From assembly GCA_963739395.1 (NCBI GenBank), contig CAVUAE010000001.1:1094056-1158055 (forward strand): a DNA stretch of 64,000 nt. Reading direction: 5' to 3'. Below the pieces are notes generated by a model that made no database searches, had not been told where the DNA came from, and was given only the letters and a program-made list of their open reading frames with translations. The translations under genes were made by a program, and so were the position numbers. Origin of the DNA: an uncultured Chloroflexia bacterium (lineage in GTDB: Bacteria; Chloroflexota; Dehalococcoidia; Dehalococcoidales; RBG-16-60-22). Shown in pieces: positions 34,924-44,903 of the stretch (its first letter is position 1; each line of letters begins with the position of its first letter).

Positions 34924-36138
34924 CTAAATCTTCTCTATCACCAGCAGGCTATAGCCCCGCCGCCGCTCTCGCGTTTTTATACGGAGCAATTTTTTAGATT
35001 CTATATAGTCGGCGAGGCGGGTAATGGCGGTGGAGCCGGAAGATAAAATAATAATACCTTTATCACTTAGGTTAGCGGTCATCTGGTCGATAGCCATAAA
35101 AGAGGCTTTTTTGCCTTCCTCTTCACGTATCGAGCCGATAAAGAGGTCGTTTTTTTCTGTGGGATTCAAGTCTAAACCAACTTGATGCAGGATGTTAATG
35201 CTTTCGGGAAGACAACTATTTAAAACAAGATTACGCTGTGAATATCGAAGAGCCAACAAGTCCCTATCAATAAGGGTTATTGATTTAGGTTTTAATAATT
35301 TCCATAGTGCTACGGCAATATGCCCCTGACCGGGGTTAAGGACTACAGCGTTTTTGGTTTGTTTACTCCCCACTTCCCTTAAAGCGTTTATTATCATTTC
35401 AGTACCGTAACTTAAAGAGTCGAACTCCGGCAAGCCATTAGCCGTCTGAATTTGGTACTCCAATTTTCCCAGGCTTATGGTGATTTCATCGCGGTGATAG
35501 ATGCCACGTTCTAAAGAATTTTGGGTGGGCAAAGGCGGGGTTGTTGCGTCAAGGAATCTGTAATGAAAAACTGTATGTCGCGCCTGATTATTCTTAAGTA
35601 TAACCTCCGTTCCGGGAGTATCTTTTAGAATTTTAACTATCTTCTCTTCCAGCGGGGCAACGACCACTATCGTTATAATTCCGCCAGGCGCTAGATAATA
35701 ACGTGCCTCCCGTAAAAGGTAGGTGATTATCGTTTCGCCGGCATGGTCGGGGATGTTGCATACCATGAGGTCGAAGTCGTTTCTTTTGACGTCGTCGTAA
35801 CCTAAGCTACCGTAGATTTCTATATCAGTTAGTCCATTAAGCACTGCGTTTTGCCGTGAATATTCCACTGCCAGGGCATCTCTATCGAATAGGTGCACAG
35901 TACTATCGGGGTAGAGGTTTTTAAGCGTGAGACCTAAAGGACCGTAACCGCAACCGACGTCCAAAATACGTTGACAGGAAGGATAGTTAGAGTCAACGAT
36001 AGTACGCAAGAGGAACTTCGTCCCGCTATCAATATCGTGGGCGCTGAAAAGTTGCTGGGAAGTCTTAAACTGTAGGCCTTTCCCCCCGGCGCGAAAACTC
36101 ACTGTTTTATGATAAAAGACGTCCGTGTGTATTGGCAC
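34924..36138 (-). CDS. Tandem-domain class I SAM-dependent methyltransferase (RsmC/RlmG-like)
   Basis: ILDVGCGYGPLG motif I and VCNIPDH (NPPxH-like) in the N-terminal half; a degenerate second MTase-like half. Confidence 0.7.
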   Translation of the reverse strand: MPIHTDVFYHKTVSFRAGGKGLQFKTSQQLFSAHDIDSGTKFLLRTIVDSNYPSCQRILDVGCGYGPLGLTLKNLYPDSTVHLFDRDALAVEYSRQNAVLNGLTDIEIYGSLGYDDVKRNDFDLMVCNIPDHAGETIITYLLREARYYLAPGGIITIVVVAPLEEKIVKILKDTPGTEVILKNNQARHTVFHYRFLDATTPPLPTQNSLERGIYHRDEITISLGKLEYQIQTANGLPEFDSLSYGTEMIINALREVGSKQTKNAVVLNPGQGHIAVALWKLLKPKSITLIDRDLLALRYSQRNLVLNSCLPESINILHQVGLDLNPTEKNDLFIGSIREEEGKKASFMAIDQMTANLSDKGIIILSSGSTAITRLADYIESKKLLRIKTRERRRGYSLLVIEKI

Positions 36139-36153
36139 AATATTTAACCAATG

Positions 36154-37017
36154 TTATTTTAAATAATTCGACGCAATCAAAAAACCGATAAGGCAACTGA
36201 TAGCGATAGGGGGTAAAGCGGGCATGGGCTTACCCTTTAACCAGTATCTTTGTATAACGAAGGCGCCGATTAATCCGATGATGCCGAAAGCACCGGTGAG
36301 AATGGCGGCATTCATGTTATAGAAGAAATAGACGGAATTCGCCAGCATTAATGGAAAGCCGATATCCCCTCCACCCAGGATGGTATGCTCGCGTTTATCC
36401 GCCGCTTCATTTTTCAATTCTCCAACTTGCACTGCCTGTATGCCGAGTTTCAGGTCACTGGTTTTCTTGGGGAAGATAAAAGCGGGTAGAGAAGTCGCGC
36501 CGGAAAGTTTATCTGCCATCCAGACCATCAGACCGAAACGCACGGCAAGAACATCGTAGATAGAGATAATCAGCATAAAAATCATGAACGTCCACGGTGA
36601 AAGTATATATCCAAAAATGGCGCCGGCGGCAGCCAGGGCTATTAGCAGGAGGATATCATGCAGCCAGATTTTTGACCATAGTAACCAACCAGTGCCGGCA
36701 ATCAACGCTAAGGCATATGATGCGGGGTCGGGCATGAAAAAGATGGTGACAATGAATACTCCCCAGGCAAACATTAAAGCGAATAATATACGGAAGAAAA
36801 AACGAAGTTTATTCAAGGGAATAAAAAAGAGGATAACAACCACGACCACCACCACCCCGAAAAAGTAGAGTAAAATTGGCCAGAGCGAAACATCAGGGGA
36901 GACGATTTGTTGTTCTTCGACGAATACTTTTTCATAGGTGGCGATAAAAAGTGAAAGCGCCAGCGCCACCGCCATCACCATGATACTCCAGAGGTAGGGT
37001 CCGATTTTAAATTTCAT
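36154..37017 (-). CDS. Presenilin/signal-peptide-peptidase-like intramembrane aspartyl protease
   Basis: Polytopic protein with all three family signatures in order: IYDVLAV (YD), LGGGDIGFP (GxGD), MPALPPI (PAL). Confidence 0.75.
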   Translation of the reverse strand: MKFKIGPYLWSIMVMAVALALSLFIATYEKVFVEEQQIVSPDVSLWPILLYFFGVVVVVVVILFFIPLNKLRFFFRILFALMFAWGVFIVTIFFMPDPASYALALIAGTGWLLWSKIWLHDILLLIALAAAGAIFGYILSPWTFMIFMLIISIYDVLAVRFGLMVWMADKLSGATSLPAFIFPKKTSDLKLGIQAVQVGELKNEAADKREHTILGGGDIGFPLMLANSVYFFYNMNAAILTGAFGIIGLIGAFVIQRYWLKGKPMPALPPIAISCLIGFLIASNYLK

Positions 37018-37104
37018 GCTTATTTCAATATATATGATAGGTTATGATTTTACAATTAAGGTGGTGTCGTTTGGATTGAACTTTGTTTACGCACTTCTTT
37101 CAAG

Positions 37105-37172
37105 CCATTCCGGTGAAAACCGGAATCCAGTCATGTGCCATATCAACTAGATCCCGGCTTTCGTCGGGATGG
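37105..37172. repeat. Structured intergenic repeat, copy 2
   Basis: CCATTCCGGTGAAAACCGGAATCCAGT...CTAGATCCCGGCTTTCGTCGGGATGG; compare 21168-21236. Confidence 0.8.
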
Positions 37173-37315
37173 TTTGTGGTAAATGGGGGACAAGGTAGTA
37201 AGGTGGGGTTTTCAGTTAGATATAAAAAGTATAAGTGATTGGCGGTGTAACTCAAACAAGCCAATATAGTATAATAATTACGTCACTTTTTCACGTAAAT
37301 TTCACGGAGGCAATC

Positions 37316-39163
37316 ATGGCTCATGGATACATGGAGAAGATACTATGGGTGGATTTAACTAAAGGTAGATTTAATGAAGAACCGCTTGATGAAAATATCG
37401 CGCGGCAATTTATTGGGGGTTATGGGGTTGGGGCTAGAATACTTTTCAGTCGTATGAAAGCGGGTGTTGACCCGCTCGGACCGGATAATATCCTTGGCTT
37501 TACCACGGGTCCGTTAACCGGCACGCAGGCTATCTCCGGCACTCGTTACACGATAGTTGGCAAATCGCCTTTAACAGGCGGCTGGGGCGACGCCAACTCC
37601 GGCGGGCATTTTGGGGCTTTTTTAAAGTTTGCCGGCTATGACTTCGTGTTTTTCACGGGCATTGCTCCCAAGCCGGTTTATCTCTTTATCGATAATGGCA
37701 AAGCCGAACTTAAGGATGCCGGACACCTCTGGGGCAAGGATACATATGATACCGAGGATATGATAAGAGCGGAACTGGGCAAGGACACGGAAATTGCCTG
37801 TATCGGACCGGGCGGAGAAAAGCTGTCACTCATCGCCGGCGTGGTGCATTTAAAGGGCAGCGTTGCCGCACGTTCTGGGCTTGGAGCGGTCATGGGGTCG
37901 AAGAAACTAAAAGCCGTGGCGGTAAAGGGCAATATGAAAGTGCCTGTTTATGATGAACAAGCCGTTAAAGACTTAAGGAAAAAATACCTGGCTTCGCTGG
38001 GTGGGCACGTCAGCATCCTGCGGAAATTCGGCACGACGTTTACCACCGCCAGCAGCATTGAAGCTGGTGATTCGCCGGTGAAAAATTGGGGTGGAACGGC
38101 GATTAATGATTTTCCGAATGCCGCTACGTTGGGCGGCGAAGCGGTTGATGAAAGACGCTTAAAACATATCGCTTGCTGGCAGTGTCCGGTCGGCTGCGAA
38201 GCCACGATGAAAGAGGGCACCGGTGAATATAAATACGCTGCCGGTTCTTACCGTCCCGAATATGAGACCATCGCCATGCTCGGCAGCAATTGCTTGAACA
38301 GTAACATCGATTCGATTATAAAAGCCAACGATATCTGCAATCGCCTTGGCATTGACACTATTTCCGCCGGCGCGGTTATTGCCTTCGCCATGGAGTGCTA
38401 CGAACATGGACTAATCACGAAAAAAGATACCGACGGCATTGACCTGACATGGGGCAACCATCGGGGGTTGGTAGCCATGACCGAGAAAATAGGTTTACGC
38501 CAAGGTTTCGGCGATATACTGGCGGACGGCGTGAAGGTTGCCGCGCAAAAGATAGGCAAGAATGCCGCGGATTATGCGATGCATGTCCACGGACAGGAAG
38601 TGCCTGGGCATAATCCTATCGCTACTTCGGCGATGGCGACGACTTATCTCACTAACGCCACCCCGGCACGTCACACCCAAGGGTCGGAGGAGCACCATAA
38701 CCCAGGATTATTGCCGGATATCAACCGTCAGCTATATGCAGGCAGGGGGGAGGCGCATGCAAAGGGCAGCAACTTCCAGCACGCATTGATGTGCTCCGGC
38801 ACCTGCCTTTTTGTGAACTCGGCTTTCCCGGATACCCATGGCATTGCCAATTTCATACAACCGGTTACCGGCTGGGATGTTACGACCGACGACCTGGTGT
38901 TTATTGGCGAGAGAATCGAAAACATGCGCCAGGCTTTCAATTTGCGGGAGGGTATCGACCTGACGAAATTCACAATATCCGGTAGATTGCTCGGCAAGCC
39001 GCCACACAAAGCTGGCGCGTTAGCTGGTGTAACGGTGGATGACGAAACGATGATAAAGGACTACTATAAAGTGATGCAGTGGGACCCCGTTACGGGCAAA
39101 CCGGGCAAAAAACGAATGCAAGAACTGGGATTGGGAGATGTGGCGGCGGAACTGGGACTTTAA
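37316..39163 (+). CDS. aor: Tungsten-type aldehyde:ferredoxin oxidoreductase
   Basis: ILWVDLTKG start, AOR N-domain, [4Fe-4S] ligands CWQCPVGC...C. Start moved to ATG 37316, which has RBS GGAGG. Confidence 0.9.
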   Translation: MAHGYMEKILWVDLTKGRFNEEPLDENIARQFIGGYGVGARILFSRMKAGVDPLGPDNILGFTTGPLTGTQAISGTRYTIVGKSPLTGGWGDANSGGHFGAFLKFAGYDFVFFTGIAPKPVYLFIDNGKAELKDAGHLWGKDTYDTEDMIRAELGKDTEIACIGPGGEKLSLIAGVVHLKGSVAARSGLGAVMGSKKLKAVAVKGNMKVPVYDEQAVKDLRKKYLASLGGHVSILRKFGTTFTTASSIEAGDSPVKNWGGTAINDFPNAATLGGEAVDERRLKHIACWQCPVGCEATMKEGTGEYKYAAGSYRPEYETIAMLGSNCLNSNIDSIIKANDICNRLGIDTISAGAVIAFAMECYEHGLITKKDTDGIDLTWGNHRGLVAMTEKIGLRQGFGDILADGVKVAAQKIGKNAADYAMHVHGQEVPGHNPIATSAMATTYLTNATPARHTQGSEEHHNPGLLPDINRQLYAGRGEAHAKGSNFQHALMCSGTCLFVNSAFPDTHGIANFIQPVTGWDVTTDDLVFIGERIENMRQAFNLREGIDLTKFTISGRLLGKPPHKAGALAGVTVDDETMIKDYYKVMQWDPVTGKPGKKRMQELGLGDVAAELGL

Positions 39164-39167
39164 TAGG

Positions 39168-40628
39168 CTATCGGCTTAATTTCTGAATAATTTCGCCCTT
39201 ATTATCACGGATAACTACCTCTAAAGGCATCTGACCGGGGAGGGTATGGGTAGCGCAGCCCATGCAGGGGTCATAGGGACGGAAAGCCATTTCCACCATG
39301 TTGAGCAAACCTTCAGAAGCCGGCTGTCCTTTTTTGATTAAGCTCTGGGCGGCTTTCTTAATGGACATGTTCATCGCCGGGTAGTTATGCGCCGAGGCGA
39401 CAATCATGTTGACTTTCTGGATGATGCCATTTTTATCAGTCTTATAATGATGGATGAGAACACCGCGCGGCGCTTCGACAATGCCGATGCCTTCATCTGG
39501 GGTGGCAGTGGGGATAGTACGGACATCGGGACTGGTTATTTCTTTATCACGGCAGAGTTCTAGCAGGCGCTCGGAAGCATAAAGAAGCTCGATGAGTCGC
39601 GCCCAGTGGAAAGCCATGGTGGCGTGAACCGGTTTACCGCCGAGGGTCTTATACATTCTTTCGTATTCCGTCTGGGCTAGCGGCGTCGCCATCCCGTCGG
39701 CGGCGTTAAGGCGGGCTAAAGGACTAACGCGGTAAATGCCGCTGTCTTTACCTTCCACAAAACCTTTCCAGCCGACTTTTTTCAGGAAGGGGAATTTCAT
39801 ATAAGTCCAGGGTTCGGTGTGCTCGGCGATATAGTACAGATACTGGTCGGCTTTGAATTTGACAACTTCTTTGCCATCCTGGTCGACCAGACGTAAAACG
39901 CCGTCGTAAAAATTCACTTTATTTTGAGCGTCCACCAACCCCATATAATAACTTTTCATGGTGTAGATATCGCCGGTGACGAGAGCTAAATATTCTTTAT
40001 TGCTTAAAACGACGTCGTTAAAGAGCTTGAGACTAAACTGGGCAAAGTCCACCAACGATTTGGCTTTATCCTCGAAGTCCTTGCGCTCCTCCTCGTTAAT
40101 CGACTTACTCATGCCGCCGGGAATGCCGCAGACGGGATGGGTAGCTTTGCCGCCGATGGTCGCCTGGATACTTTGAGCGTAAGCGCGATGCTTAATGACC
40201 TCACCGCCTATCTTAAGTCCGACTTTATTCACTACGCCGAGTATATTTCTTTGTGCCGGGTCGCTCATGGGACCGACAACAAAGTCCGGGGCGGAGAGAG
40301 CGTAAAAACAGGCGATATGGGAGTGGATGATATGGGCGCAATAAAACAATTCGCGTAATTTTTTAGCGGTAGGCGGTGGGTCGACATGGTAGACGGCATC
40401 AGTGGTTTTCGCCGAAGCCATGTGGTGCGCGCCGGGGCAGACGCCGCAGATACGGGGCACGATGCGTGGCATTTCTTCCACCGGACGACCCTCGCAGAAT
40501 TTCTCAAAACCGCGTAGTTCCGGTATCTGAAGATAAGCATTTTCCACGTCGCCAGCGGCATTGAGAAATATCTCTATCTTGCCGTGTCCTTCAAGTCGGG
40601 TAATGGGGTCGATGCTAATTTTCACCAT
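39168..40628 (-). CDS. mvhA: [NiFe] hydrogenase large subunit, group 3c (Mvh-type)
   Basis: RLEGHGKI, RICGVCPGAHH, C-terminal DPCMGCATH. Confidence 0.92.
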   Translation of the reverse strand: MVKISIDPITRLEGHGKIEIFLNAAGDVENAYLQIPELRGFEKFCEGRPVEEMPRIVPRICGVCPGAHHMASAKTTDAVYHVDPPPTAKKLRELFYCAHIIHSHIACFYALSAPDFVVGPMSDPAQRNILGVVNKVGLKIGGEVIKHRAYAQSIQATIGGKATHPVCGIPGGMSKSINEEERKDFEDKAKSLVDFAQFSLKLFNDVVLSNKEYLALVTGDIYTMKSYYMGLVDAQNKVNFYDGVLRLVDQDGKEVVKFKADQYLYYIAEHTEPWTYMKFPFLKKVGWKGFVEGKDSGIYRVSPLARLNAADGMATPLAQTEYERMYKTLGGKPVHATMAFHWARLIELLYASERLLELCRDKEITSPDVRTIPTATPDEGIGIVEAPRGVLIHHYKTDKNGIIQKVNMIVASAHNYPAMNMSIKKAAQSLIKKGQPASEGLLNMVEMAFRPYDPCMGCATHTLPGQMPLEVVIRDNKGEIIQKLSR

Positions 40629-40640
40629 ATAATAAATCCT

Positions 40641-41603
40641 TTAGCTCTTAGGGAGTCTTTTTCTCTTTAAGAGTGATTCTGCCATACCAAAGCGGTAGAA
40701 AGTTCCCGCTGGGTCGACCACTTCCTCTAACATTTTATTAATTTCTTCGGGGGTTTCTCCCTGATAGATGGAAGCGATAGCGCTTAACATCTTGGCGCCC
40801 TGGTCGGCAACACCTTCCGGCGGACCGAAACAGCCGCGACAGGGCATATTGGCATTAACACAGCTCATCCCGCAGCCGCCGCGTGTGGCAGGACCGCAAC
40901 AAATAATTCCTTGTTCCAGTAGACATTTCTTGGGGTCGGTGATAATTTCATGGGGGCGATAAAACTTGGTTATCTTCTTATTTTCTTTAATACGGTCGCA
41001 GTCGTCACAGCAGGTTTTGTCGGAAGCAATTATCGAGCCAACTTTTGGTAATTTGCCCGTGGCATAAAGGTCAACCAGCTTTAAAATAAGGGTTACGGGC
41101 GGAGGACAGCCGGGAACATAATATTCCACCGGTACCACCTGCGCCAGTGTCTTTACGGTATCAAATAATTCAGGCAGTTCCAATTCGCCCTCGTTTACTT
41201 TAGTTTCAACCTGCGGTAAGATTTTTTTCTCATTATTGTTGGAAGTGATTTCAATATAAACCCGTTGTAATATATCGTTACGCGTGGTGAAATTTGCCAG
41301 TGCCGGGATGCCGCCGAGGCAGGCGCAAGCGCCGAAAGCTACCAGCACTTTAGATTTTTGGCGTAAGAGTTTGGCGAGTTCTTCCTGTTCGGTGTTGCGG
41401 ATAGCGCCGTTAAACAGGCATAAGTCGATGCTTTTATCCTGCATTTCTCTAATGTGGTGATATTTAAAGTCCATGGCGATGGGCCAGAGGATGACGTCAA
41501 CCAGGTTGGCGATATCCAGTATTTTCTCGTTCGTATCGAGGATAGCCATATCGCAGCCGCCGCAGGAAGCCGCCCAATAGATTGCCAGTTTCGGTTTAGC
41601 CAT
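40641..41603 (-). CDS. mvhG: [NiFe] hydrogenase small subunit (Mvh-type)
   Basis: WAASCGGCD, GACACLGG, and C-terminal Cys clusters. Start at 41603 (MAKPKLAIYW), overlapping the mvhD stop; 41618 is possible. Confidence 0.88.
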   Translation of the reverse strand: MAKPKLAIYWAASCGGCDMAILDTNEKILDIANLVDVILWPIAMDFKYHHIREMQDKSIDLCLFNGAIRNTEQEELAKLLRQKSKVLVAFGACACLGGIPALANFTTRNDILQRVYIEITSNNNEKKILPQVETKVNEGELELPELFDTVKTLAQVVPVEYYVPGCPPPVTLILKLVDLYATGKLPKVGSIIASDKTCCDDCDRIKENKKITKFYRPHEIITDPKKCLLEQGIICCGPATRGGCGMSCVNANMPCRGCFGPPEGVADQGAKMLSAIASIYQGETPEEINKMLEEVVDPAGTFYRFGMAESLLKRKRLPKS

Positions 41604-42018
41604 TGGCGCCGTCTCCATTCCTGTCGAAGGGTCCCAGCTTCCTTACCTGCTCCGTCATTTCATTAACGAGGGCGGCAAAAAGGTCGCCCTCCGAGGCTGA
41701 TATCCATTCCAGACGCACCCTTTCATCTTCAATGCCGAACTGCGCTAGCATTTTCTTGAGGAGGGGCATACGCCGGGCGGTCTTTTTGTTGCCGTCCTGA
41801 TAATGGCAGTCGCCGATATGGCAGCCGCAAACGAGGACACCATCGGCACCCTGCTTAAAAGCTTCTAATATAAATGTTGGCTCAACGCGACCGGAGCACA
41901 TGACGCGTACTATCCGGACGTTAGGAGCATATTTTTTCCGCGATGTGCCAGCGAGGTCAGCCCCGGTATAGGAGCACCAGTTGCAGAGGATACCCACAAT
42001 CTTGGGTTCGAAGCTCAT
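41596..42018 (-). CDS. mvhD: Hydrogenase/heterodisulfide reductase linker subunit MvhD
   Basis: ILCNWCSY, MCSGRV, VCGCHIGDCHY motifs. Confidence 0.9.
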   Translation of the reverse strand: MSFEPKIVGILCNWCSYTGADLAGTSRKKYAPNVRIVRVMCSGRVEPTFILEAFKQGADGVLVCGCHIGDCHYQDGNKKTARRMPLLKKMLAQFGIEDERVRLEWISASEGDLFAALVNEMTEQVRKLGPFDRNGDGANG

Positions 42019-44024
42019 GACAGCACCCCCTCGATTTCCGCCATGATTTCTTCAGTGGTAAAGTGCCTGCCTTTGATGGCGCCGCTGGGGCAAGCTGCGA
42101 CGCAGGTGCCGCAGCCTTTGCAGAGAGCCTCGTTAACTCGGCAGACCTTTTTCTCTTCATCGAAGCTAATGGCTTTATAAGGACAGAGGTCGATACATAT
42201 TTTGCATCCAGAGCATTTTGCCTCGTCGATAACAGCGATGGCGGCTTCAATCTCGACCTTGCCTTTAGCGATTAGTGCCAGCACCCGAGCCGCTGCGGCC
42301 GATGCCTGGGCGACGGTATCCGGGATGTCCTTGGGACTCTGGCAACAGCCGACGATATAAACGCCGTCCGTGGTGGTAGCCACGGGGTCAAGCTTGGGGT
42401 GTTTTTCCAGCAAGAAGCCATCGGCTTTGCGACTCAACGTTAAAATCCTGGCGAGTTGTTCGGTATCGGGGCGGGGCTCAAGAGCGCAACTTAAAATAAC
42501 CATATCTACGGAGAGACGCCGATTACGGCGTACCAGCGTGTCTTCCACCATGACTACCAGCCTGCCTTTTTCTTCGGGAGTTTCAGTTAAATCAGTAACC
42601 TCGGCAGCCTTGCCGCGGATAAAGTTAACCCCTTCCTCCTGTAAGCGCTCGTAGAACTCTTCGTAGCCGGAGCCGGCACAGCGCATATCGATATATAGCT
42701 GGTAAACTGCCGCCTCTGGCAATTTCTCCCGCAATAAATGGGCAAACTTAAGCGAGTACATACAGCATACCCGCGAGCAATATTTATGATAATTAGTATC
42801 GCGGCTGCCGATACAGTGCAGGATAGCGACAGTCTTCGGCTCGGAGCCGTCTTTAAGTACCACCTTGCCGCCGGTGGGACCGGAGGCGTTGGTCAGTCTT
42901 TCGAACTCCAAGCCGGTATAAACATTATTTAAGCGACCGTATCCCAGCTGGTAAATCTTGGCGGGGTCGAACTGTTGGAAACCGGTAGCGACGATAATGT
43001 TGCCGATTTCAATTTCTATAATTTCATCTTTTTGGTCAAAATTAATGGCTTCCGCCTCGCAGCCGAGTTGACCCTGCTTGGGGATGCCTTTTTGACATAA
43101 GCGGCAGACATCTTTCTTGCCTTCAGCCAAGCCTTTAAGGTGACGGCAGTTCTTAGCGTCTATAATAGCTTTATTGGGGACGGCGTAAGGGGAGGGGATA
43201 TAGATAGCCTTGCGCTTGCCCAAGCCGCAGTCGAACTCATTGGGCACGGAGGTGGGGCAAATTTCAGAGCAGCGCCCGCAGCCGGTGCATTTGACCGAAT
43301 CGATATATCTAGCCTTTTTCTTGATTTTAGCCTTGAAGTTGCCGATATAGCCGGATAATTCGACTAGCTCGCTGTAAGCTAATAAGTCAATATTACGATT
43401 TTGTCCGACGCTGGTCATCTTGGGCGTTAGAATACAGGCGGCGCAATCAAGGGTGGGGAAGGTTTTATCGAACATCGCCATATGTCCGCCGATGCTGGCA
43501 TCTTTTTCCAGAAGGTAAACCTTATGACCTGAATCGGCGATTTCTAAAGCCGCCTGAATGCCCGCCACCCCTCCGCCAATGACGAGCGTAGAGGGATTCA
43601 TGGCTACTTCTTTGGTTTCCAGAGGCTCTTGTAAGGCAACGCGGTGGACGGCGGCGCTGACCAGGGCTTTGGCTTTTTCCGTCGCCATATCTTTATCAGT
43701 ATGCACCCAAGAGCACTGCTCGCGGATATTCGCCATTTCAAAAAGGTACTGATTTAAACCGGCATCCTGGCAGGCGCGACGGAAAGTAGGCTCGTGCATC
43801 CGTGGCGAGCAGGAGGCGACGACGACGCGGTTCAAACCCAGTTTTTTAATATCCTCTTTTATCAGGTTCTGGCCGGGGTCGGAGCACATGTATTTATAGT
43901 CGCGCGCAACCGCAACGTTAGGTAGACTGCGGGCGAATTCGGTTACTTTGGAGCAATCGACAATGCCGGCGATATTGCTGCCGCAGTGGCAGATATAAAC
44001 ACCGATTTTTGGCTCCATTTTCAC
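42015..44024 (-). CDS. hdrA: Heterodisulfide reductase subunit A (FAD, multiple Fe-S)
   Basis: VIGGGVAGIQAALEIA FAD motif; ferredoxin motifs CTGCGRCSEICP, CSGCKICIDLCP, CKGCGTCVAACP. Confidence 0.92.
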   Translation of the reverse strand: MKMEPKIGVYICHCGSNIAGIVDCSKVTEFARSLPNVAVARDYKYMCSDPGQNLIKEDIKKLGLNRVVVASCSPRMHEPTFRRACQDAGLNQYLFEMANIREQCSWVHTDKDMATEKAKALVSAAVHRVALQEPLETKEVAMNPSTLVIGGGVAGIQAALEIADSGHKVYLLEKDASIGGHMAMFDKTFPTLDCAACILTPKMTSVGQNRNIDLLAYSELVELSGYIGNFKAKIKKKARYIDSVKCTGCGRCSEICPTSVPNEFDCGLGKRKAIYIPSPYAVPNKAIIDAKNCRHLKGLAEGKKDVCRLCQKGIPKQGQLGCEAEAINFDQKDEIIEIEIGNIIVATGFQQFDPAKIYQLGYGRLNNVYTGLEFERLTNASGPTGGKVVLKDGSEPKTVAILHCIGSRDTNYHKYCSRVCCMYSLKFAHLLREKLPEAAVYQLYIDMRCAGSGYEEFYERLQEEGVNFIRGKAAEVTDLTETPEEKGRLVVMVEDTLVRRNRRLSVDMVILSCALEPRPDTEQLARILTLSRKADGFLLEKHPKLDPVATTTDGVYIVGCCQSPKDIPDTVAQASAAAARVLALIAKGKVEIEAAIAVIDEAKCSGCKICIDLCPYKAISFDEEKKVCRVNEALCKGCGTCVAACPSGAIKGRHFTTEEIMAEIEGVLS

Positions 44025-44027
44025 TCC

Positions 44028-44903
44028 TTAAATAAACTTTGCCAGGGCTTTTTTCACCGGCACGATGCTGGTTTTTAGTCCCAGGTCTTTTTCATCGAGA
44101 CCGAAAGCCACACCCATCAACTGGGTAAAGAACAGGACTGGTAAATGATAATTGGTCTTATATTTCCGGTTTACCATCGCTTGATAAGCATCTACATTCA
44201 GCTGGCATAGCGGGCAGCCGGTAACCATTACTTCCGCCCCGTTACTGACGGCTGATTCCAACAGCTTTTTTATCAACTCCAGCGATGCATCTTCCTCGGA
44301 AATAATGAGAGAACCGCCACAGCAGGCGCTCTTGAACGGGAAGTTCACAGGTGTTGCCCCTAGAGCTCTAACCAGTCTATCCATATACCTGGGGTTTTCA
44401 GGGTGGTCACGTCCGAAAATAGGGCGTACTTCCTGGCAGCCGTAGTAGCAAGCCACTTTTAAATCTGTCAGGCTCTTTTTAACTTTATTCATAACGGCTT
44501 CGTAGCCGACATCATTGACGTAAACATCGAGCACCTTGCGCACTTTGACTTTACCGGTGTAGGTAAGGCCGCCAGCCGCTAAAGCCTCATCTACTTCTTT
44601 TTTTACTTTAGGATACTCATGCAGGTACTGATTGGTGCGACTTAAAAATACGTAGCAGGAACTGCACGGAGCGATTAAATCGCCATTCATTTTCTCCGCC
44701 AGCGCCAGGTTGCGGGCGCAAACGGCAAAGGAAGCCTGTTCGTGAAGGGTATCATAGGGTACGGTGCCGCAACAGTTCCAATCCGGGATTTCCTTGAATT
44801 CTAAATCCAATACCTTATTTACGGCATTAATCGACCAGTCGAATGCCCGGCCGAAGCCTTCAGGAGAGAGGCCGCACCCTGGAAAGTAAGAATACTGTTT
44901 CAC
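44028..44903 (-). CDS. hdrB: Heterodisulfide reductase subunit B (two CCG domains)
   Basis: CCGTVPYD and ACCGGSL CCG motifs, plus YYGCQ. Confidence 0.9.
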   Translation of the reverse strand: MKQYSYFPGCGLSPEGFGRAFDWSINAVNKVLDLEFKEIPDWNCCGTVPYDTLHEQASFAVCARNLALAEKMNGDLIAPCSSCYVFLSRTNQYLHEYPKVKKEVDEALAAGGLTYTGKVKVRKVLDVYVNDVGYEAVMNKVKKSLTDLKVACYYGCQEVRPIFGRDHPENPRYMDRLVRALGATPVNFPFKSACCGGSLIISEEDASLELIKKLLESAVSNGAEVMVTGCPLCQLNVDAYQAMVNRKYKTNYHLPVLFFTQLMGVAFGLDEKDLGLKTSIVPVKKALAKFI

